A stretch of 64,000 bases of DNA from Eledone cirrhosa (lineage: Eukaryota), in the NCBI GenBank assembly GCA_964016885.1, contig OZ024741.1:277388001-277452000 (forward strand). Direction: 5' to 3'. Below are positions 26,770 through 38,524 of the stretch, piece by piece. The notes beneath the pieces are model-generated. The model searched no databases and had not been told where the DNA came from. It was given only the letters and a program-made list of their open reading frames with translations. A program made the position numbers and the translations under genes. Positions within the stretch are counted from its first letter, which is position 1; every line of letters begins with the position of its first letter.

Positions 26770-28295
26770 ATAATAAAATTGAAGACTAAAATCCAAAGAG
26801 GGCTCGTACCTAGCCATAGGAACATGTGCAACCCTGTAGTTAGTACTAACTGTAATTGTAGGAATCGGGCTGATTGTCCCCTATCCGGGAAATGCCTCTC
26901 TAGTAACATTGTCTACAAATGTAAGGTTGTAACACCCACGTCCCGTAGGGCCTACATAGGGTTAACCGCCAATAGTTTCAAGCAGCGTCTTTACATGCAT
27001 ACCCATTCTTTTCGTTACCCTCTAAGAAGGAATATGACGTCACTTTCAGCTTATATCTGGAGTCTAAAAGACAACCACACCCAATATAAGTTACACTGGG
27101 AGATCCTAGCTAGGGCTAGATCGTATAACGGAAATAAAAGACCATGTGACCTCTGCGCCGCTGAGGCCCTGGAAATACTCTACGCCACAGACCACATCTT
27201 AAACAAAAAATCTGAGGCAATTTCGGCTTGTAAACATAAATTGCACAAAACTTTCCTGTATTACAGCCCCACGTTATACCCTAACGGATAGCACGATCTA
27301 TACGTGGATATTTTACGTCTTTATGTGGGAGCTAAGTATGTTTTGTTTATTCCTTTACTTATTTGCATAGGTAAGTATATATTACCCGTATGTTTTGTGA
27401 AGGTATGTATACCTTCTCGTACGTATATTTGACTGTTATGGCGTATCATTTTTACATATTCTGGTATTTAGGGTTTGGCTATGTGTATACGGGAGTTTTG
27501 CGTCTGCGTGAGTATGCAGGTTCGTACGTATGGTGGGTGTGTGTATATGTGTACTTCTTGTTTTAGTTGACTTACGTCTCCGAACATTCGTGTATTTATT
27601 TGTAGGTATGTGTGTGCGCTTGTTATATACGTATTTATTTACTTATATACGTTTATATAATTATTTATTTATTTGTACACAAGCATACACACACACACAT
27701 ATTTATATGTGCGTGGTTTTGTATACCTATGGTAAGGTTTTGCGTATGCTTGTGTATGTACGTATCTGTTTGCGTGTATGTATTTATTTGTTTCTATTAC
27801 TTCTGTATTGTATTTATTTACTTTGTTCTTTACTCTGAAGCGGAGATTCATTCGGTCTCCTAGTTAGAATTTTAGTCTACAACTTCTGCTATACCATTTA
27901 CGTGGTTTTGTCTTTGCGTGCTATTGTTCTCCACGCTCCACATATGACTTATTATCTTCCTTTTTTCGTTCATTGCCAGAGAACGTCTCTATGCACCACC
28001 TAAGAGAACATTAGTCTACGACCTCTTTTATACCATAAACGTGGTTCTGTCTTTGCGCGTAATTGTTTTTCACCGCTCCTTTTAATGACGTATTATATTC
28101 GTTTTTTCCCGTTCTTTGCCAGCGAACGTTACCACGAACCAAAGTATCGTCTTCCTGTCTTCCTCCGGTTGTAACGTTTTTTGAAATATCCAGTTCTGCG
28201 TTTATAGATTGACTTTGTTAGTTTCAGAAGATCCCGTTAAGGGTGAAAGCAGCGATTCTTTGCTTAAACTTTAATCTGTTATTTTAATAAATATA
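26770..28295 (+). mobile_element. 5'-truncated PLE (Nematis-type GIY-YIG ending at 27291) with 3' UTR and hammerhead
   Basis: CNCRNRADCPLSGKCLSSNIVYKC..YIGLTANSFKQR..LSAYIWSLK..CDLCAAE..LNKKSE..CKH; TA-rich repeats on both sides. Confidence 0.88.
28220..28270 (+). ncRNA. Hammerhead with variant core CAGAAGA
   Basis: AGTTT-CAGAAGA-TCCCGTTAAGGGT-GAAAGCA..TGCTT^AAACT; identical in the copy at 55583-55633. Confidence 0.65.
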
Positions 28296-28432
28296 TTTAT
28301 ATATATATATCTATATCCAAAATTAAGATAAATTAAATGAATTTAATCTAAATCATAATTGTGGGTGTCATGTCATAATGGCATGCGCCATTATTCATGT
28401 ATATTTATATGTTAATCAATTTCTAGTTATTA

Positions 28433-28489
<57 letters not shown>

Positions 28490-28492
<3 letters not shown>

Positions 28493-29041
28493 CTGAGTTT
28501 TTCGAATATTAATAATAACATTCGATTCGATTGCAACTATGCAAACAAGCCTCAATTTTATAGCCATGTCAGTAGAATCAACCCTTCATTCTTGCTCTTG
28601 TGTTGGCATGCGAACAGAACTGCAGACACTAATGTTTCTGGGTATCACCCTTCATCAGTACAGCTCACTGTTCACCTGCCAAACTGTCAGGCCGATCAGT
28701 CACTGTGTATTTTTGAAAATAGCATATATTTTCACTAGCTCTGACAGTTTGGCATGTGAACAGTGAGCTGTACTGATGAAGGGTGATACACAGAAACATT
28801 AGTGTCTGCAGTTCTGGTTACATGCCAACACAAGAGCAAGAATAAAGGGTTTATTCTACTGACATGGCTTTAAAAATGAGGCTTGTTTGCATAATTGCAA
28901 ACGAATCGAATGTTATTATTAATATTCGAAAAGTACCAGTAATGCACTGGGTAATTGCTGGCCTTGTGCCTAAAGTAGAAACAATTATTAATATACGAAA
29001 AACTCAGATTACATTTATCGTATTCAGCCATGTAGAGCGAA

Positions 29042-29045
<4 letters not shown>
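28490..29045. mobile_element. Fold-back pLTR palindrome with a complete hammerhead in each arm
   Basis: Arms 28490-28690 / 28741-29010 (right arm interrupted by a SINE fragment); GAGCTGTA-CTGATGA-AGGGTGATAC(C/A)CA-GAAAC-ATTAGT-GTC^TGCAGTTC at 28765-28814 (+) and 28617-28666 (-). Confidence 0.88.
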
Positions 29046-29079
<34 letters not shown>

Positions 29080-29158
29080 TGTGTGTGTGTGTGTGGTCTA
29101 TGATGGATGTGTTTGGTGTATGTGTAATCTTTATCTTCTGGTTAATTCCTTACGAGAG

Positions 29159-29220
<62 letters not shown>

Positions 29221-29437
29221 TCACATTCATATATGTATATATATGGTGGTGGCTGCCAACTCCTTTTCGAGTACGGCCACTACTTTATATCCATGTAGGA
29301 GAACCCCTGCCGATGCGCTGAACGAGTGACTTTTTAGTCCAGCCAGCGACTTGAAAACTCTGGTACAAACACTACACTTGTGACAATTATTGACACATAG
29401 TGCTGACACATATATATATACATACATATATGTGTAC

Positions 29438-29502
<65 letters not shown>

Positions 29503-29505
<3 letters not shown>

Positions 29506-29706
29506 CGAAGGAAATGTGGTAAGGAACCAGGTGGACCATAACGCACCAAAGTACTCAATACTTAGGGTAGTAGAGTGGGTAATAGAAACCAGTAAGACCC
29601 CGACGGCTGAGCTCAAGCCGTTTCGACGGCTAATTCTGGACTAATTTAGTCCAGAATTAGCCGTCGAAACGGCTAGAGCTCAGCCGTCGGGGTCTTACTG
29701 GTTCCT
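29503..29706. mobile_element. Fold-back pLTR palindrome (29583-29706) with the 3' half of a hammerhead and an 80-bp tail
   Basis: Centre GGACTAA-T-TTAGTCC; GAAACGGCT..AGCCGTC^GGGGT in both arms; same family as 38525-38634 and 62076-62264. Confidence 0.85.
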
Positions 29707-29726
29707 ATATATATATATATATATAC

Positions 29727-29915
29727 ATTATTTAAGCAAATCAAGACCACAAAACTCACATAGAAGACGTTGGTTAAAGAGTGTCAACATTAATTGCAGT
29801 TTAATGTAAGGAATAATAATTGTTATGATTCCTTACATTAAACTGCAATTAATGTTGACACTCTTTAACCAACGTCTTCTATGTGAGTTTTGTGGTCTTG
29901 ATTTGCTTAAATAAT
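29727..29915. repeat. Near-perfect palindrome of about 190 bp next to (TA)n
   Basis: ATTATTTAAGCAAATC...GGAAT / ATTCC...GATTTGCTTAAATAAT; the right arm continues at 30080-30255 past an inserted SINE. Confidence 0.9.
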
Positions 29916-30066
29916 TGTTTCTACTTTAGGCACAAGGCCAGCAATTATCCAGTGCATTACTAGTACTTTATTTTATCGACCCCGTAAGGATGAAAGGCAA
30001 AGTCAACCTCGGCGGGATTTGAACTCAGATCGTAAAGGGACGTAACTATGCTGGAAAGCATGGCGT
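29916..30066 (-). mobile_element. 5'-truncated SINE with 13-bp TSD
   Basis: TTGCTTAAATAAT at 29903-29915 and 30067-30079. Confidence 0.85.
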
Positions 30067-30280
30067 TGCTTAAATAATGAATATTTCCAGCTTTGTGCAG
30101 CTCACCTCCGCATGAACCCAGTTCTCTAGCTGCTTCCCACTGCATATTGCACATTGAGCACATGCCTTTAGGCTTTTGGCTTCTAATACCTTCACCAATC
30201 TCTCCTCTCCTATCTCTATCCCTCTATTTAAGATTGGTTTACTCTTGAACTGTCTATATATATATATGTATGTATACACA

Positions 30281-30380
<100 letters not shown>

Positions 30381-30574
30381 TGTGTGTGTGTGTGGTCTAT
30401 GATGGATGTGTATGGTGTATGTGTATGGTACATTTATATATATAGGGTATTTGTATGAGTGTGTATTTGTGTGTGTGTGTGTATGTGTGTGTTACATTTT
30501 ATATTTGTATTGCAATCATATATAAATTTTCATTTATGCATATTATTAACTTAATATTATATATTTGAACAAAC

Positions 30575-31592
30575 AAATCCCGCTGAGGTTAACTTTACCT
30601 TTCATCCTTACGGGGTCGATAAAATAAAGTACCAGTAATACACTGGTTATTTGCTGGCCTTGTGCCTTACGTAGAAACAATTATATATTTGAACAAACAA
30701 ATGGATATTTTATTATCTATCAAGAGAGCGACATGACGGGGTTGTTAGTTTGCATGACAAAATTAATTGGCAAATTTTGTTCCAACTCTTCACATTCTGA
30801 GTTCGAATCTCACCTGAAGTCAACGTTTGAGAGCGTAACAAAATTACTTTACAATATTTGTTACAGCTTTAGGGTGGTGGATTGGTAGTAATAAGTAGAG
30901 CGTCGGACAACATGCTTTGTGGCATATAGTTAGTCTCTTTCTGTTTAAATCCCACCGAGGTTAGCTTTTGCTTTTCATCCTTACGGGGTCGATGAAATAA
31001 AGTATCAGTAATGCACCGGGTCAATTTAATCGATTTTCCCTCCCCCCACAAAACATTGTTGGCATTGTGCCTAAATCAGAAACCAATATTTGTTATAAAC
31101 TTGTTGACCGGTTCTTCTTTTTGGATACCTGTCGCCGTTGTTCAGAGAGTGGGATTGATCCAGTGCAAAGTCTTTCTACACTTAAAAAAACTTCAAATGC
31201 AGGCATCATTTGGTTTAAACGACTTTCATGGGTGTTGCGTGACCATAGCCTTGTCTTTTGTCATTCGCTGCAGCATCTATAGAAAGTAATCTAAGCTCTT
31301 CGCAGGACTAGAACGCCATGTTCCTGCCACTCATGTATGAGAATAAAATAAAGAGCTAGCAATCCTCGAAACTGACATAAAGCCATTATGTATGTATGTA
31401 TGAGGGCGGTGGATTGGCAGTATCTTAGAGGGTCGGACGCCATACTTTGCAGCATGGAGTTATGGGCCTTTACGATCTGAGTTCAAATCCCGCCGAGGTT
31501 AACTTTGCCTTTCATCCTTACGGGGTCGATAAAATAAAGTACCAGTAATACACTGGGATAATTGCTGGCCTTCTGCCAAAAGTAGAAACAAT
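30575..31592 (+). mobile_element. Cluster of SINE copies (30575-30680, 30870-31090, 31403-31590)
   Basis: Family motifs; TSDs ATTATATATTTGAACAAACAAAT and ATTATGTATGTATGTATG. Confidence 0.8.
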
Positions 31593-31987
31593 TATGTATG
31601 TATGTATGTTTTGTAGAACGGGGAGACTCCTAGTCTTCATTAAAACGTCTCTCTAGGAGAAGGTGACTCTGATATAAAACCTGCGGCTTCGTCTGCATCC
31701 AATGATGTAAGCCGGTTCTTCATTTTGGGTAAATGCATTCGATGTTCAGAGAGTGGGATTAGCTCCGTGCAAAGCCTTTCCTCACTTAAAAAAGCTTCAA
31801 GCACAGGCATCGCTTGATATGTGACATTTTTTTGCGATGCATGGTGTTGCTGGTCATAGGCAAGTCCCTAGCAGGACTAAAATGCTACGTATGGGAGGCT
31901 CATGCTTAAGTATCAGACGATAGCATTACTCGAAATCGAGTTGCAGCCATCATCATGTATGTGAGTAAGTAGGTATGTAGATAGATA

Positions 31988-34900
31988 ACTTTCTATTTAT
32001 TTGCCACCAGGGCATCAAAGATTGGGACAAATACAGGGGGGGGGGCTTACATACATTTCAAAGGACGTGTAAAAACATATAACAAATAAAATTCAACAAT
32101 CGAAGTCCTCAATAGGGAGGGGGCGTTGACGTGGGTCGCACCCCCCCCCCCCAAAAAAAAATGTGGAACCCTCCTTCTCAGGAGCACAAAGAGCGGGTGC
32201 TCCTTTCCTCACCTCTTTCTTCTTCTCTCTCACCTACAGGCTGATATAGAGAGAAGGCCCATTCACTCGGGCCATTCTCGCCACTTTCACCCACCTTTCA
32301 TAAAACTTGCTGGGGTAGAGCACCTCTCTCTCCATTCTGATCCTTCTTCTAAAATGGTACTTGAAAAAAAGGACCAGTTGTTGGCCGGAGAGAAAAGTGT
32401 CTGACCTCAGCCCTTTCAACCTCGTCCACCATACAACCTCTTTAGCCATAGCTATCACACATAGGAAAACCGCCTGTCCTTCGTTTTTGAAGGGGGGGGG
32501 GGGGGGGGGGTTGATCGTGACAATGTACTCGGTGGTCAACCGGATTGGTCCCACCCACGACAGTAGTCGTTCCACATAGCCCCACATGTCAGCAACGCCC
32601 GGGCAGTGTACGACCGTTTCCTCGTCACGCTCGCATCTCGGACAGATCTTCTTCGAGGGGTCCCTACCCGGGCGCCCGTGTCTGTAGAGCTTGTCCCGAA
32701 CGGGTAGAGCTCCTCGGTAGCACTGCCAAACCAGGGACTTTGGGAAATTGTCCATCGGTCCCAGGCCAAACAGACTGGCTAGCTCGTCTTCCTCCATGCC
32801 CAGGGCCTCTCCGAGAGCGTCGTCGCACTTGCTGCGCACCAACCCTCTATAGAATGTTGAGGTTGAGTCTCCACTGATTGCCGGATCCGCTTGCCAGAGG
32901 GCTGTGAGCGCCTGGGCACATTCAATGTGTCAGTCGCCCATTTTTCTCGGTCTTTACTTGACCCAGGATTTCCGAGGCGCACGACACCATTACTGTCACG
33001 TCATCAGCGTAGGCCGACACCGCTTTCCGCAATCCCAGTTCCAATGGGATTCCCTGCAACAGCTCTAACTTCCGCAGTAGTGGCTCGAGAGCCAGCACAT
33101 ACAGAAGGGAGGAGAGAGGGCATCCCTGTCGGATGGATCGCGCGATTTGGAACGGCTCCGAGGGGTAACCGTTCACCTTGACCCTCGAGCAGGTGTTGCT
33201 GCTGTGCATTGCAGCAATCGAGCCCCTGAAAACGGGTCCGAAGCCTGCCGCCGCGAGCACCGCATCCAGGTATCGATGGTCGACCCTATCGAACGCCTTA
33301 GATTGATCCAAGTTGATCAGGGCCCCACCAAAGCCGGGTTCGTTCCCTACCCTCTCTACGATGTATCGTATGAGGTGGAGGTTGTCGTGTATGGACCTGG
33401 ACGGGATTGCGCATGTCTGCGCTTCTCCCACCAGGTTCCCGACGACAAGCGCCAACCTCTTCGCTAACACCTTGGCCAAAATCTTTAACTCTGTGTTTAG
33501 CAGAGTTATGGGCCTGAAGTTATCTATGTCATCCCCCTTGTTCTCGTCCTTCCTCACCAGCGTGACTACGCCCTTGGTCACAAAACTGGGAATTCTCCCG
33601 TTCTGTTGCCAGTTGTAGTAGACCGCCTCGAGGAGATTGGAGAACAAGTCCGGCATCGCTACATAAAGTTTGTATGGTAGACCATCGAGACCCGGAGATT
33701 TGCGTTTGCCGCATTGGCTCAGCGCTTTCCCTATTTCAGCGGCTGAAATCGGCCTCTCGCAGGACTTCGCCTCCCCGAGAGCCGCGGCAGACTGTCGAGG
33801 TATGGACCGAAATCCATGGCCTCACCCGGCCAGCCGCCTCTCCCGAACAGTCGTGCAAAGCGCCGTTGAAAGGCCGCGCACATCCGCTCAGGTTCAAGGA
33901 TCACGCGTCCATCCTGGTCCTTCGTGGACTTGTTTCCACTTTTTGCCTCTGTCACTCGGGCCCAGCTAACAGCTTTGGCTCCCTCGTTACCCAGAGCACG
34001 TATTTTACTCCTGACAACGCAGCCCTCGTGCTTCGCGTCAAAGAACTGGTCTAGGGCCGTTATTGACGCCAGCACCCGGCCATGTTTCCACTCCTAATCG
34101 CCTCTTCTACTCTATCTATCAATTCCCTTTCAGTTCTATTCCTATCTGATGCTAATTCCCGACTAAAACCTATCGATTCTATTCTAATTTCTCTCTTGAG
34201 AGAGCCCCACCACCTGCTGTTGACAATTGCCCCCGTCAACCGCTGCTTAACTAGAGTGCTAATCCGCTTATTGTAAGCTTTGTTTGTCGGTAAGGACTAG
34301 TTTAGCTTCCAGTAACCGGGTCCTTGTCTATGGGTTCTATCAAGGTTGACCACTCAAGTCACCAACTTGTGATCCGAATAGTCTATCATGAACATTCGTG
34401 GACAGCTTAATCTGTCCTTATCCTTATTTCTAACTAGGAACCTATCTAGGTACGACCTAGATGTTCCACTGAGATTAGACCACGTCCACAGTGGCACAGT
34501 CGGAAAATCTAGTCGATATCTATCGGCCAGATCAAATCGGCCGATTAACCGTTTGAGGCTGTTACACCTCCTCTATAGGGACATGCCCCTACATAGTCCC
34601 AACGTGCATCCAGGATACCATTCCAGTCCCCCACTAAAAGCAAGGAGCGAGACGTTCCCAGAAAAGTCTCTAGGCGTTGGAAGAAGTCCGGTCGCGATGT
34701 CCCAGATGGGGCATACGCTGCCACCAGCCTGAAGGCTCCACCTTCACTACTGCCGACGTCTAGAACCACCAGTTGGCCCTCCGGGTCCAGGTGTACCTTC
34801 CGTATTGCGAGGCCCAGGTGTTTTCGCAACAGAACGACCCCCCCCCCCCCCATCCCACCCCCGGCTGACAGAGAGATGCATAGATCTCAAAGTCGTCGAA

Positions 34901-35000
34901 GATGGGGGCCAGTTGGTGCTCGCTGCTGATCCTGGACTCGCAAATAGCTATCACATCCATTTCAAGAGGACGCGATTGCCAGGTCTAGTACAGGGGTTAG
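31988..35000 (-). mobile_element. 5'-truncated, internally deleted copy of the same Tx1 family
   Basis: Collinear with about 17322-20905; 19-bp TSD GTAGGTATGTAGATAGATA (31969-31987 / 35001-35019). Confidence 0.93.
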
Positions 35001-35009
35001 GTAGGTATG

Positions 35010-35064
<55 letters not shown>

Positions 35065-35466
35065 GGAGAGAGAGAAAGAGAGAGAGAGGGGGAGGAGGAG
35101 GGAGGAGGAGGGAGGGAAAGAGGGAGAGGGAGAGAGAGAAAGATTGATGTACGTGACGGATAACAACTGGGAGATAGTCATTTCATTATGCAATATTAGA
35201 AGTTACACAAACAAACAAACAAACAATTCCGTTCACACAGAAACAGAAAAAATATCAGACACACATGCACACACACACACACCTAGAGATACCCACACTC
35301 ATCCAAAGATACATACACACACATGCATGAAAATAGATGAGCGCGCAGACCCCAAACACACACACACAAATACGCGCAACACACACACGCTCACACACAC
35401 ATACACACGAAAGTGCGGAATGAGATTTAGGTTTAGTTAATCCCTAGATCAACATAAACATCTTTA

Positions 35467-36522
35467 ACCAGATAGAAAAATGCGTACAGCAAAAAAAAGT
35501 AATATTGTTGGAATATAAACCTTTAAAAATACAGGACAAGAAACTAAAATAAAACTTTAAAAGAATAGGACAAGAAACTAAGATAAAACTTTAAAGAATT
35601 GGACAAGAAATAAAAAATGTTACAATAATATTAGTGGCAAAATTTTTATTGGTAAAAAATCGAGTTCCACATTCATAGGCTCTGGGTTCCACATTCAGAG
35701 GTCATCGTCAGACCGGGGGATCATTTGATCCTGGTTTGAACACCAATTGGGCCATAACCATACCCCTATTTCATCATTCGGCGACACGCCTCATGTGTCA
35801 TGCATAATGTGAATGGACCCATGGGCCCATGAGCACAGATCTTGAGCAGCAGCGGACGGTCTTGTCGTCCCGCTCATCCTTGATCTTGACCAACCCGTCC
35901 ATCTTCTCCTTGCATCTTGTCCTTGAGTTCAAGTCCGGCAGTCCAGATGAATGCGTGCCACAGCTTTCTGGTACAGGAAGGGGGAGCAGAAGGACTGGAG
36001 GGATGACGGGACAGAGTGAGGGAGGACCGGTGGTTGAGGGAGGTGCCGTAGTAGGTGGTCAGAGTCGACATCTTGTCCCGGTCGTCTTCTCCATCTTCGT
36101 CTGGTGTTGCGGGACCAGAAGTGCATTCTTGGAGGAGACCTGCAGCTGCATCGGCCAATTCTTCTTGCAATGGTTATTCTGACGGAGCAGAACTGCTCAG
36201 CCAACCAACCCCAACCAGAACCAACCGCTCAGGGGCAACGCACAATGAGAGCATGACAATTATTATGCACTAATCAAGAAGATACTGGGGCATAGCACAG
36301 GAAACGAATAAAAAAATTTTGCCACTAATATTATTGTAAAATTTTTTATTTCTTGTCCAATTCTTTAAAGTTTTATCTTAGTTTCTTGTCCTATTCTTTT
36401 AAAGTTTTGTCTTAGTTTCTTGTCCTATTCTTTTAAAGTTTTATTTTAGTTTCTTGTCCTGTATTTTTAAAGGTTTATATTCCAACAATATTTTTTTTGC
36501 TGTACGCATTTTTCTATCTGGT
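35467..36522. repeat. Inverted repeats of about 200 bp with internal 33-bp subrepeats, around a GC-richer 650-bp core
   Basis: 35467-35650 vs 36307-36522; GGACAAGAAA subunits 3x on the left, 4x on the right. Confidence 0.85.
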
Positions 36523-36795
36523 CTACTATTTTTTAAGGCAATGCAAGCAACAACTATCTAATAATTAAATGATCATAGTGAATTACTGACAAGTGATTGA
36601 CATTTTAAAGTTCTTTTGAGTATAATTACAATCTAGTTGAGGCAACTGGCTTAATGACAAAGCTAGTAAATCATGAATGCATTTGAGATGATTAGTGCAT
36701 AATAGTGAATTAGTGAAACTTGTGCATTTCAATGGTGTTACAACAATAGATGTAAGTTATATAGTAGTAATACTTTATCATTTTAACTTTTTAGA

Positions 36796-37155
36796 ATGGA
36801 CAAAAACCCATGCAAAGAAATGACTTTGACTGCAGTGATTCTCTCCAATTTACTTACAAAGCAAAACGTGGTCAAATACCTTATCATCTCTGATAACATG
36901 CCCATTGAATCACTGAAAATCGGATGCTTGGAATTCCTCATAAAATGCACCTATGAATCGGAAGCCATCAGATATATCAATGGATATAGGGAGTTGTTCA
37001 CACTGGAAGACCATCACTTCATTTGTGACTTCATCAGTTATCTCCACGATTATCTCAGACACCCAATGCCATTGATGAGAGGTGATCCAATGTGTGAGCA
37101 TATAACTAATCTTATAGAAGTTGTTATCGACCACCTGGCTTTTAGTGACATTTGA
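36796..37155 (+). CDS. 119-aa ORF with a BACK/BTB-associated-like helical motif
   Basis: LTKQNVVKYLIISDNMPIESLKIGCLEFL resembles LT.ENV...L..AD......LK..CL.FI; acceptor ttttag at 36794; flanked by direct repeats of about 85 bp. Confidence 0.45.
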   Translation: MDKNPCKEMTLTAVILSNLLTKQNVVKYLIISDNMPIESLKIGCLEFLIKCTYESEAIRYINGYRELFTLEDHHFICDFISYLHDYLRHPMPLMRGDPMCEHITNLIEVVIDHLAFSDI

Positions 37156-37765
37156 CTGATTTGACTGATAATGATGTATTTTTAAAAAGTATGTGTACAT
37201 TCTTGTAACTATTTTAAGGCAATGCAAGCAACAACTATTTAATAAAATTTAAATTTAAAAATGACCATTGTGCATTACTAGTATGATGACATTTTATTAA
37301 GTCACAAAATTAGTCAGTCAGCCATAGAAAAAGGATCAGGTGACAAAAACATTGGCAAAAATTTGTGTCAATTTAAGATTTCCAACATTGTTCAAATGAA
37401 TCATATCTGGTTTGAAGTCAGATCTGTCAAATTTTGACCAATTTTCAATGTTGTGAAGTTTGGGCAAGTTCAATTTTTGAATCATTTCTTTCATGCAGTA
37501 ATTAAACTTTTCCAAACGTCGTCATTTCTGGATTACCTCCCCTAGCGTCACGCTTACTACTCACTCACTTGAACACAAGATTTATCAGCAAACTTTGATT
37601 ATAAACTTTTTCCCGCTGGACCAAATTTCTAGATTTTTAAGCCAAAAGATGCGTAATGATCTACTGTTCATGCTCATATAAGTTTTATCTCAGTTAAATA
37701 AAGTAGAGCCGCGCTGTACTGTCGTAAACAGACGATTGCCAACGAAAGCACGACCACAACAATAT

Positions 37766-37793
37766 TACTAAACGGACTACCGTCCGTTTAGTA
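37766..37793. other. Perfect 12-bp hairpin, possibly a rolling-circle (Helitron/Helentron-type) terminus
   Basis: TACTAAACGGAC-TACC-GTCCGTTTAGTA. Confidence 0.4.
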
Positions 37794-37852
37794 TACGAAA
37801 TCCTTCATCATTATTTCATGCATGGGGAGTGTTACATAGTTATATATATATG

Positions 37853-37907
<55 letters not shown>

Positions 37908-37948
37908 TATGTGTGTGTAAATATATATATATATATATAATATATATA

Positions 37949-38023
<75 letters not shown>

Positions 38024-38029
38024 TATATA

Positions 38030-38075
<46 letters not shown>

Positions 38076-38524
38076 TATATATTTACATATATATATATAT
38101 AAATTTTAGTACAGCATTGACGAAGCTTTAGAATACGGCCAAGCTAGCGTATATGCATAATCGGTCTGTAGCTTGAGCACTCAGATGAGGAAAGACCCCA
38201 GAGTAATAACATTACGTTCAGACAGCTTAGCAAATCAGATATAGCGGTCGGCAGTCCAGCCGCATCACTAGAGCAACGAAAATACAGGACCCAGGAAAAG
38301 ATTTTATACTGACCCGGACATAGCGGTGAGGCTGAGTGCAAAATATATAACTTACATCGTATATCAACAATATACATCACATATAGCATCCAACATCAGC
38401 GCTAAGTTCTGCAAATCCAAGATCGACAAATTCATATATATATATTATATATTATATATATATATTATATATTATATATATATATATTTACATATATATA
38501 TATTTACTTTTATATATATATATA

